Source: Terriglobia bacterium
Lineage (GTDB): Bacteria; Acidobacteriota; Terriglobia; 20CM-2-55-15
Direction: 5' to 3'
Assembly (NCBI GenBank): GCA_963664115.2
Contig: CAXWPJ010000006.1
Location: 64,001 to 128,000, forward strand
Length of the DNA stretch: 64,000 bases
Below, one piece after another: positions 27,753 to 36,070 of the stretch (within the stretch, counting starts at the first letter, position 1; every line of letters begins with the position of its first letter). Position numbers and translations under genes: made by a program. The notes beneath the pieces are model-generated. The model had not been told where the DNA came from, searched no databases, and saw nothing but the letters and a program-made list of their open reading frames with translations.

Positions 27753-27809
27753 ACGAAGTGACACGCTCAGAATCCCTGCGCGACGTAAGCGATCAGATTA
27801 GCGATGCCA

Positions 27810-28010
27810 TCACCGCCCGACGCCGGGTTCTGATTCAATAAATATCGTCTCCCCGGCCCCGTAAGTTCGAGGGTGAACGATGGTCTCCAGTGTTTGCAGT
27901 TCACTGTCGTTGAGATCCTGGAAAATCGGCACCTTCTCGAGGATTTCCGACATGCCCGCTTTCGCATGTTCGAGTCGGAAAATGTTGGACCAAATGCCGT
28001 CGGTTTGCAT
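27810..28010 (-). pseudogene. Truncated cyclic-nucleotide-binding domain gene fragment
   Basis: ILEKVPIFQDLNDSELQTL…RTYGAGETIFIESEPGVG then stop; only the N-terminal part of a cNMP domain. Confidence 0.7.
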
Positions 28011-28101
28011 AGTGAAGAACTGTACTGAACGGGACGCAGGGATTGCAATGTTTTAGAAGGCATTGACCGCGGCAGGCGAATTACCCTAACGTAACGGCAT
28101 T

Positions 28102-29301
28102 ATGAAAGCGATTTGTGTGCACCAACACGGAGGACCTGAGGTCCTTAGCTACGAAGATGTTCCGGAACCCGAAGCGCAGGCGGGACAGGCGGTTGTTCGA
28201 ATCGAGGCGATCGGGGTCAATTTTGTAGACGTGTACCATCGGACCGGGCTGTATCGGGTCGAGCCTCCCCTGGTGCCCGGCTCTGAAGCCGCTGGAATCG
28301 TTACCGCTGTTGCTGAGGGCGTTAAGGAAGTCAAAGTGGGCGACCGTGTTGCTTACGCCATGTCGCGCGGGTCCTATGCGGAGTTTCAAGCCGTAGACGT
28401 CTGGAAGCTCGTGCGCCTTCCCAGCGGTATGGATGCGCGTGCCGGTGCCGCCATTATGCTCCAGGGATTGACGGCCCACTACCTCTGCTATTCGACGTTT
28501 CCGTTGAAATCGAGCCATAAGGCGCTCGTCCATGCCGCCGCGGGTGGCGTGGGGCTCCTGCTGATTCAGATCGCCAAGAAGAGGGGTGCGACGGTTTACG
28601 GCACGGTCTCAACCGAAGCAAAAGCAGCGTTGGCACGAGAAGCGGGTGCTGACGAAGTGATCCTTTATACCGAACAGGATTTCGAGGCTGAAGTCATGCG
28701 GTTCACCGATGGTGCGGGTGTTGACGTCGTATTCGACTCGGTCGGAGCAACGACATTTCAGGGAAGTGTGAATTGTTTGCGCCCGCGGGGCTATATGGTC
28801 TCTTACGGTCAGTCCAGCGGTCCGGTCGAAGCGTTCAGCGTGGGCACGCTGGGGCCGAAAGCCTTGTTCCTGACACGGCCCACTATGCTCAGCTATTGTG
28901 CAAACCGTGAGGAACTCTTTGCTCGGACGAATGACCTCTTTCGTTGGTACAAGGCCGGGGATCTGAAGCTTCGTATCGAGAAGACGTATCCGCTTGCGGA
29001 GGCCGCCGAAGCCCACAAAGCTCTCGAAGGCCGAAAAACTACAGGGAAGGTCTTGCTGCTGCCACAGCGAACCCCAAAAGCACAAACGGAGCCGACCCCA
29101 GCCGCACCAACAGAGCCAACCCCACCCACACCAACGGAGCCGACCCCAGCCGCACCAACGGAGCCAACCCCACCCACACCAACGGAGTCGACGCCAGCCG
29201 CACCAACGGAGCCGACCCCAGCCGCACCAACGGAGCCGGCCCCACCCGCACCAACGGAGCCAACCCCGCCCATACAAGCGGAGCCGGCCCAAGACGACTA
29301 A
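28102..29301 (+). CDS. qor: Quinone oxidoreductase (zeta-crystallin MDR) with Pro/Thr-rich C-terminal tail
   Basis: GGPEVL, IGVNFVD, HAAAGGVG, VFDSVG, LTRP, GRKTTGKVLLLP. Confidence 0.93.
   Translation: MKAICVHQHGGPEVLSYEDVPEPEAQAGQAVVRIEAIGVNFVDVYHRTGLYRVEPPLVPGSEAAGIVTAVAEGVKEVKVGDRVAYAMSRGSYAEFQAVDVWKLVRLPSGMDARAGAAIMLQGLTAHYLCYSTFPLKSSHKALVHAAAGGVGLLLIQIAKKRGATVYGTVSTEAKAALAREAGADEVILYTEQDFEAEVMRFTDGAGVDVVFDSVGATTFQGSVNCLRPRGYMVSYGQSSGPVEAFSVGTLGPKALFLTRPTMLSYCANREELFARTNDLFRWYKAGDLKLRIEKTYPLAEAAEAHKALEGRKTTGKVLLLPQRTPKAQTEPTPAAPTEPTPPTPTEPTPAAPTEPTPPTPTESTPAAPTEPTPAAPTEPAPPAPTEPTPPIQAEPAQDD
29086..29289 (+). repeat. 8 x 24-bp in-frame tandem repeat (TEPTPAAP/TEPTPPTP)
   Basis: ACGGAGCCGACCCCAGCCGCACCA units seen directly. 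Confidence 0.95.
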
Positions 29302-29520
29302 GGTTGCCGGTATTTTTAAATCCAGGCTAGAAGTGCAGATCCCGGGCGATCACCGTCCAAAACATTCCGCATACGAGCAGTTGCACCCTCATTCTTCCGC
29401 TGGAAAATAATTCACAGGCTGGCATCCGCCGATTACGAATTAACGCAGCTTGAATCTCAGCAAGCTGTGTAAGAATCCTACCGACTTCTGTTTCATTCAT
29501 AGTTGACTGAGGCAACCGCC

Positions 29521-32500
29521 ATGACACGTCTCCTATACTTGATATTCTTTGCCTCGGGCGCGACCGGTCTGGTGTATGAGGTCATCTGGGTTCGCCTCAC
29601 CGGACTTGTTTTTGGCAACACTTCCTTCTCGATTGCAACGGTTCTGGGGGCCTTCATGACAGGCCTCGCACTCGGCAGTTGGTTGCTCGGTGCTATGGCC
29701 GACCGATATGACCGGCCGCTCCGTATGTACGGTGTTCTGGAGATTCTTATCGGTATCTCCGCCTTGCTGGTCCCGGTCGCTTTCCGCTCCATGCAAGAGG
29801 TCTATTGGAGCCTTGCGCCAACTCTCTCATCTCTGTGGGGCGCAGACGTTTTCCTCCCATTCATTGTGTCCTTCGCCATCATGGTGGTTCCTACGTTCTT
29901 GATGGGTGGAACCCTTCCTGTCCTGTCGCGTTTCTTCGTGCGGCGCACGAACGAGGTTGAGGCTAAGCTGGGCAGGTTGTACGCCCTGAACACTTTCGGT
30001 GCGGCACTGGGTACGCTGGGCGCCGCACTAATATTGATTCCAGGATTTGGAAACCAAATCACGACGATATGGGTCGCGTCCCTCAACGTCGGACTGGGCT
30101 TGCTGGCAATACGAATAGACCTGGGTCAAGAGGCGCTACCAATCGTCGAGGAAGGACAGGCAAGCGTAGCCGATGCAGGATATGGGAATTTGCGTGCGAA
30201 GGACAGACTGGTTCTGCTGACGCTGATGGTGTCCGGGTTTGCTGCACTGACCTACGAGGTCGCGTGGACACGTGCGCTCTCGGCAATGATCGGGAGTTCG
30301 ACCTACGCGTTTGCCATCATGCTCGTCACTTTTCTGGTTGGAATCGGCCTTGGAAGTGCATGGGCAAGCCACTTTCTCCCGTCGGCGAGTATTCGAACAC
30401 TTGGGCTCTTCCAGCTTGGCATCGCGTTTGGAGGCTTGGTGTTTCTTGTGGGGTATCTGGTGGCCCCCTACCTGCTGGTTGCGTTGATTCGGGCTTTCTC
30501 CTATTCGTTCCCTGCTGTTTTAACGGTTCAGTTCGTTGTGTGTATGTCCTTGATGATTCTGGCAACGTTCTTCATGGGAGCTACGTTTCCTGTCAGCGTC
30601 GGGATCTATTCGAACCGGATGCGGGTCCTGGGACGGAGCATCGGCAGCATCTATTCGGTCAACACTGTTGGCGCTATTTTCGGCTCTCTGGCAGCTGGGT
30701 TTCTGTTGGTCCCCGTGATTGGCACGGAGAGAACGATCTTGACAGGCTTATTCTTGAACTCGGCTCTCGCAGTACTGTTGCTGGCCGAATCACGCGGCTC
30801 CATGGCGCGAGCTCGATGGGCGGCTATCGGACTGTTGATCGTTTCGACTGTCTCGATGAGGGGAGGGGTGTTCTGGGATCCAGGTTCATTGGATCGAGGC
30901 GTTCTTATCTACGCGCGCCAGTTCGAAAGCCGTCCGGGACTCCGGTTGTCGGAACACTATACCGACACGGATGTCGTTTATTTCGAGGAGGGAAAGAACG
31001 CGAATATATCGGTGCGGCGAGGCGCCAACTACGTCGGTTTGAGGACCAATGGGAAGGTGGATGCGTCCAACGGCGACGATATGACCACCCAACTTCTGAT
31101 CGGGTATCTTCCCCGATTCCATCACCCCTCGCCCGAGCAAATTCTGGTTATCGGTTACGGCGGCGGCATCACGGCCGGTGTGGCAGCAGTCTTTCCAGAA
31201 ACGGTGCGAGTGGACTGCGTGGAGATCGAACCTGCAGTTCTCGGAGCCGCGCCCTGGTTTGACGCGATGAACCGGAGAAGCTACGACGATCCTAAAGTCA
31301 ACATCATAGAAGGAGATGCCCGGAACTTCCTGAACGTGAGTTCACAATCCTACGACATTATTATTTCCGAACCGTCCAATCCCTGGATAGCGGGTATCGG
31401 GAGTCTGTTTACGGCGGAATTTTATGAGCTTGCTGCTTCCCGGCTGGCCCCGGACGGAGTGTTCGCACAGTGGTTGCAGCTCTATGAAATGTCACCCGAC
31501 GACGTCCGCATGGTTCTTGGCGAATTTCAGAGGCAGTTTCCAGAGGTTTCAGTGTGGGACATGGGCGTGGGAGACCTGATCTTGCTGGGGAGTCGACAAC
31601 CTCTTCATTTCGAAGCCGAGGGTATGGAACGCATTGTGGCCAACGACGCAACGGTAAGGCAAGACTTCGAGCAGCATCTTGGATTCGATGATCCTCTGGC
31701 AATCTTCGCTGCCTACACTTTGTCCAGCGAGGAAGTTGAACAGTTCGTGGCACGGGCCCCACGGAATACCGACGACAGGCCGGTGCTTGAATTCAATGCT
31801 CCGCGAAATCTGTTTTCAGAGACGTGGGATATGAACGTGCGGTTACTGAACGAGTACAGATCGGCTCTGATGCCTGAAGGTCTTCCCCCTGCTGTCAGAG
31901 AGCGCGTCTACGTAGCGCTGATGGAGCCATTGCTGGCAAGGGGGCAGGTTCAGCTGGCTGCACGGGGGCTCGGTGAGCTTGCTGAAATGGAGGAATCCAG
32001 CGCGATCAGTATTTATCTCGCGACCGCACGTCTCAACATCAGCGCCGGCCGCTACGACGAAGCAGAGGAGTCCTTGCGTGCTGTGGATCAGCTGACCTCA
32101 GGCGCCGGTCAGTCCGATGATTCTGAGGCTGACCGAGAAGAGCTCTGGGCCCTGTTCTATGAAGAGAGCGGAGACCGAGGACAGGCGATCGAGAGTTACC
32201 GTCGAGGGGTGGTCCTTGATCCCTCCCGATCTGTTTATCTTCAGAAAATTGCTGAGCTTTACGCGCTGTCCAGACAGTGGGATGAGGCTGCCCTCTGGAT
32301 GGAACGTTTCATTAAGACCGGACCGTACGCTGTTGCGACTTACTGGGAGCTGTTGGGTGAGTACCTAGCGGCTGGAGGCCGGGAGGAGGAATCGGTGGCG
32401 GCTTACGAACGGGCTCTGGATCTGGAACCGTATTCCTACTTGGCACGACTTCGTCTTGCGGAGGTTCTTGAGGGGCGGGACGAGTTTGAGGCCGCGATCC

Positions 32501-32691
32501 GCCTACTCGAGTTCCTCAGTGTTTATGCCCTGGACAGAAACGCCGAGATCTACACCCGCCTTGCCAACCTTTATACTCAAACGGGTCAGATTACCCAGGC
32601 GCAACGGGTCCTTGATAAAGGTGCCCGGATCTTCCCGACGGACACGGTCATTTACCGCCAGCGTCTGACACTGGAGACGTATTCAAACTGA
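29521..32691 (+). CDS. Fused MFS-like membrane domain / spermidine synthase-like SAM domain / TPR protein
   Basis: SGATGLVYEVIW twice-repeated TM block; LVIGYGGG, VEIEP, DARNFL, YDIIISEPSNPW; C-terminal TPRs. Confidence 0.9.
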   Translation: MTRLLYLIFFASGATGLVYEVIWVRLTGLVFGNTSFSIATVLGAFMTGLALGSWLLGAMADRYDRPLRMYGVLEILIGISALLVPVAFRSMQEVYWSLAPTLSSLWGADVFLPFIVSFAIMVVPTFLMGGTLPVLSRFFVRRTNEVEAKLGRLYALNTFGAALGTLGAALILIPGFGNQITTIWVASLNVGLGLLAIRIDLGQEALPIVEEGQASVADAGYGNLRAKDRLVLLTLMVSGFAALTYEVAWTRALSAMIGSSTYAFAIMLVTFLVGIGLGSAWASHFLPSASIRTLGLFQLGIAFGGLVFLVGYLVAPYLLVALIRAFSYSFPAVLTVQFVVCMSLMILATFFMGATFPVSVGIYSNRMRVLGRSIGSIYSVNTVGAIFGSLAAGFLLVPVIGTERTILTGLFLNSALAVLLLAESRGSMARARWAAIGLLIVSTVSMRGGVFWDPGSLDRGVLIYARQFESRPGLRLSEHYTDTDVVYFEEGKNANISVRRGANYVGLRTNGKVDASNGDDMTTQLLIGYLPRFHHPSPEQILVIGYGGGITAGVAAVFPETVRVDCVEIEPAVLGAAPWFDAMNRRSYDDPKVNIIEGDARNFLNVSSQSYDIIISEPSNPWIAGIGSLFTAEFYELAASRLAPDGVFAQWLQLYEMSPDDVRMVLGEFQRQFPEVSVWDMGVGDLILLGSRQPLHFEAEGMERIVANDATVRQDFEQHLGFDDPLAIFAAYTLSSEEVEQFVARAPRNTDDRPVLEFNAPRNLFSETWDMNVRLLNEYRSALMPEGLPPAVRERVYVALMEPLLARGQVQLAARGLGELAEMEESSAISIYLATARLNISAGRYDEAEESLRAVDQLTSGAGQSDDSEADREELWALFYEESGDRGQAIESYRRGVVLDPSRSVYLQKIAELYALSRQWDEAALWMERFIKTGPYAVATYWELLGEYLAAGGREEESVAAYERALDLEPYSYLARLRLAEVLEGRDEFEAAIRLLEFLSVYALDRNAEIYTRLANLYTQTGQITQAQRVLDKGARIFPTDTVIYRQRLTLETYSN

Positions 32692-33533
32692 TGTTGCGCA
32701 CGATTCTCATCTTGACCCTGCCACTGATTATTCCTCTCCAGTCCGTTCTGAAGGTCGATGTCAACCTGGTGAACGTTTTCGTGACCGTTCAGGACGAAGA
32801 GGGACGCTATGTCGGAGGGCTGGGCCGCGAGGATTTCAGAGTGAGGGAGGACGGTGAAGAACGCGCTATCGAAATATTCGAGGCGACTGCGGATCTATCG
32901 AGCAGCCTCGGTGTTCTCGTTGACAATAGCGGTAGCTCTGCCAGTATTCTTTCCTCGATCAAGTCGGGAGTCGAGGAATTTTCCCGGAGTCTGACACCGG
33001 AGGATGAAATTTTCGTGATGTCTTTCGCGATCGAAGCTGCAGTTGTGCATGATCTGCACGAAGACGTGAGTCGGCTGCCAGGCGCACTGAAGAGCTTGCG
33101 TTCATGGGGTACTTCCGTATTTTACGACGCACTATCCTCAGGTATCACCAAGACACGCGAAGCCAGCCATGAGCGAAAGGCGCTGATCGTACTGTCCGAC
33201 GGCAACGACAATCAAAGCCAGGCGTCTTATCTCGAAGTCGTTCGGGCGGCGCAAAGCAACATGGTGTTGCTGTATTTCGTCGGGATTGGCCCCAAGGTTT
33301 TGATCGACACCTATACCATGGATGGACTTGCATCGATGACCGGCGGTCGTGTCGTGCTGCTCGAACCCGATCAGGCTATCCCTGAAGCCCTCGAAAATAT
33401 ACGTGAAGAGTTGGGCCACCAATACTACCTGGGCTACCACGCGTCCGCAGAAAGCGGTTTCCACTCCATCGAGGTAGAAGTTCCAGATCGTGCCGTTACG
33501 GTGCGTGCCCGGGACGGTTATCTCGTCCAGTAA
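32691..33533 (+). CDS. VWA domain protein (acidobacterial type)
   Basis: KVDVNLVNVFVTV.D; MIDAS DNSGS, T..YDA, LSDG.DN; LGHQYYLGY; RARDGY. Confidence 0.9.
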   Translation: MLRTILILTLPLIIPLQSVLKVDVNLVNVFVTVQDEEGRYVGGLGREDFRVREDGEERAIEIFEATADLSSSLGVLVDNSGSSASILSSIKSGVEEFSRSLTPEDEIFVMSFAIEAAVVHDLHEDVSRLPGALKSLRSWGTSVFYDALSSGITKTREASHERKALIVLSDGNDNQSQASYLEVVRAAQSNMVLLYFVGIGPKVLIDTYTMDGLASMTGGRVVLLEPDQAIPEALENIREELGHQYYLGYHASAESGFHSIEVEVPDRAVTVRARDGYLVQ

Positions 33534-33556
33534 CTTCCGCTCCTGAAGCTCCATCC

Positions 33557-33645
33557 AGGGGCCGGACACTTCATGCGATATTGTGACCTGGCCAGTGTGT
33601 TTCGTCTGAAGTGTCCGTCCCTTTCCTGAAGTGTCCGCCCCCTTT
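33557..33645. repeat. REP-like cluster (CTGAAGTGTCCG-CCC-TTT: one inverted plus two direct copies)
   Basis: AGGGGCCGGACACTTCA at 33557; CTGAAGTGTCCGTCCCTTT at 33606; CTGAAGTGTCCGCCCCCTTT at 33626. Confidence 0.75.
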
Positions 33646-33689
33646 AATTCAACGGTTTGGACCCCATCTGTCCGCTTAGTCCCTGATAA

Positions 33690-34322
33690 ATGAAAAAGGC
33701 AAACGGGAGGAAGCCGATGGTTCAGTTAGGGTTCCGGATCCGAAACACCGTCTTTAATGCCGGCGTTGGTAACCGCCGAACCGCTATCCGTCCGATTACA
33801 TTCCATTTTCCGACGCTCGAGGAGGCCGCTCTTCTCGCGGTGGTCAGTGATTCTGGGAAAGTAGTCCCACGCGAACAAGTGTTCTCGCTGTCCCATCCCC
33901 GCACTGGGCCGGTGATCGAGGGATTTGTGGATTGTGCCCTGGGTGAGTTCGTGCGTGCCCAGTTAGAAGCGCTTTCCTCGGATGGCTTGCCGCCCGTGAG
34001 GTGTGAAGTCCATGGACTCGAGCCCTTCATGGAAACGTTTGAGCCCGAACAATCAGAACGGTTGCGTGACCTGATCAGTGTGTGCGAATTTCGCACCAAC
34101 GAGTTCACTCCAGAATCCGCCGTACGTTTCCTCAAAGATACAGGCTTCTTCGATCAGTACATCATCGTCGGCGTAAAGCACGGCAAAGGATGGCGCCGTT
34201 CGCGCTGCATTACCACTTTTGAAGGTCGTCCCGGCGATGCTGCAGCTATATTGGGTCATCTTGCGGACTACTTCACTAAAGAACAGCCGGATGATCAGCA
34301 GCAGGATGACCGCTACCTTTAA
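33690..34322 (+). CDS. Hypothetical protein
   Basis: 210-aa ORF filling the gap; start uncertain (33690 or 33717); no recognised motif. Confidence 0.6.
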   Translation: MKKANGRKPMVQLGFRIRNTVFNAGVGNRRTAIRPITFHFPTLEEAALLAVVSDSGKVVPREQVFSLSHPRTGPVIEGFVDCALGEFVRAQLEALSSDGLPPVRCEVHGLEPFMETFEPEQSERLRDLISVCEFRTNEFTPESAVRFLKDTGFFDQYIIVGVKHGKGWRRSRCITTFEGRPGDAAAILGHLADYFTKEQPDDQQQDDRYL

Positions 34323-34371
34323 ATCCGTACAATCGGTGGCTTTCGACCGATCGAACAACGATGAAACCGTG

Positions 34372-34491
34372 ATGTCCCAGCTGGAGTGGATAGAGCGCAC
34401 CTGCCCGAACTGCGACTCTCCGATGGATTCCCAGAGCTGCAAATTGAAATGCCTCAAGTGCGGTTTCTTCAGATCCTGTAGCGATTTTTAG
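34372..34491 (+). CDS. 39-aa zinc-ribbon microprotein
   Basis: MSQLEWIERTCPNCDSPMDSQSCKLKCLKCGFFRSCSDF; CPxC…CKxxCxxCG…SCSDF. Confidence 0.75.
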   Translation: MSQLEWIERTCPNCDSPMDSQSCKLKCLKCGFFRSCSDF

Positions 34492-34495
34492 GTTC

Positions 34496-36070
34496 TCATC
34501 CGCCCCCGCGCACTATTCCGTCCAGCATACGTGCCAGCGGGTATTCAGGTTCGATTGTGAGGATGATGTCCAGATAGTGCCGTGCCTTGTCCCTGTTTCC
34601 CTCGTCAAAATATTGAGCGGTTTTGATGTACCAGGTATTGATTTCGCTCCAGTAAATTTCTTCCAACCAGGGAGTGCTCCTCTGACGTTCCAGGAAGATT
34701 GCGGCCAGCGGAATCACCTTGTCCCGGGATGTTACAAGCCAGCGTTCCCGGAATGATTCGATCTGTTCTCTCAAGGCGGATTCCTCCAGGCGGGGGTTCA
34801 GCGAGAGCCGCTCTATCATCGCTTCTTCGAGTTCGTGTTCAAATTGAGTTTCTATGGGCCCTCGCGGAAACTGGCTTCGCTGTTGCCATCCCAGAGATTC
34901 GTGGTATGCAGCGTTCCAGTCGTCACGCAATTCGGAGATACTGATTTCCGGCTGTTCGCTCGTAAAGGAGTTGATGTCGTCTCTCTGTCGGACGAGAATT
35001 GTTTTACCGCTTTTCAATCTTTCCAGCGCCGCTTCCACCTCTTCGGCCAATGATGAGCCTTCAACCCATTCCTCGATAAATTCCACAGTCTCTTCGGGCA
35101 ATGAGTTTAGGGTAATCAGCCTCAGCACCTTGCCTACCACTCCTGGATCGCGCGAGCGATCCAGGAGTGGTAGGACTGACAACAGGTCTTCGCGATAGCT
35201 TCGAGAACGTGCGTGGGCGACAACTTCTTCCAGAATGCGATCCACGCCCCGCGTGTTGTTGGTTTCAATAAGAAGTTCAAGCCAGCGAAACGGGATATCT
35301 TCATGCAAATGTCGTCTCAGATTGTAGAGAACGTAAGGCAGCGCCAGAGCCCAGAGTTCCTTCAGGATTTCTCGGGCGCGCTCTTCCTGATGCTCTTCCA
35401 GAAGGGGTTCCGAAACTGTGAAGGCGAGCACTCGTGCCGCAACGGGGGTACGTATTGCGGCCAGCAGCTCCAGAGCCGTTTGGACCCGCACCGGGTCTTC
35501 AAGTGAATCGAAGAGCAGATCGGCAACTGCGGGGACACCCCCCGACCCAAGCTTAGAGAACCGTTCCAGCAGAGTTGTCCCCTCGAGTGCATTCCCTGCC
35601 CACTGTGCGATCCAGCCTCTTGCTTCGGCATCAATCGTAGTGTCGTAGGTGTCATGCTCAAGTGATTTCAGGAGTTGGTTTGTGTATGCGCGAACGACAG
35701 TGCCAACTACGTCCAAGGAAAAATCGACATCCTCTATCGCGCCGACGACGGTATCTGCGACGCGGCGTGGGGGGCCTTTCATGTCCGGATAAGCCGTGCG
35801 CAGAGATTCCGCCAGTCGTGCCCGGAGATCGACGTTGGGATTGACGTTGAGACGGATGCCCTGCTTAATTACGAATTGAAAATCGTCGTTCTCGAACGAG
35901 GGTTCGCCGTCCTGAATCAGACGCCCCATTTCCTGGAGGAGGAAGTCATCCGATTCGATACCGAATTCGACATCGTCAATCAAGGTTTGAAACAGTTCTG
36001 TGCTGTCCGCCATCGCGCGCTCGAACTGTTGTTTTGCCCGCATCAGATGTTTGCCGCCCGATTTCCTCAT
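34496..36070 (-). CDS. Hypothetical acidic alpha-helical (HEAT/TPR-like) protein
   Basis: About 524 aa; ATG overlaps the RNB stop (ATGA); C-terminal TPR-like helix pair. Confidence 0.75.
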   Translation of the reverse strand: MRKSGGKHLMRAKQQFERAMADSTELFQTLIDDVEFGIESDDFLLQEMGRLIQDGEPSFENDDFQFVIKQGIRLNVNPNVDLRARLAESLRTAYPDMKGPPRRVADTVVGAIEDVDFSLDVVGTVVRAYTNQLLKSLEHDTYDTTIDAEARGWIAQWAGNALEGTTLLERFSKLGSGGVPAVADLLFDSLEDPVRVQTALELLAAIRTPVAARVLAFTVSEPLLEEHQEERAREILKELWALALPYVLYNLRRHLHEDIPFRWLELLIETNNTRGVDRILEEVVAHARSRSYREDLLSVLPLLDRSRDPGVVGKVLRLITLNSLPEETVEFIEEWVEGSSLAEEVEAALERLKSGKTILVRQRDDINSFTSEQPEISISELRDDWNAAYHESLGWQQRSQFPRGPIETQFEHELEEAMIERLSLNPRLEESALREQIESFRERWLVTSRDKVIPLAAIFLERQRSTPWLEEIYWSEINTWYIKTAQYFDEGNRDKARHYLDIILTIEPEYPLARMLDGIVRGGG

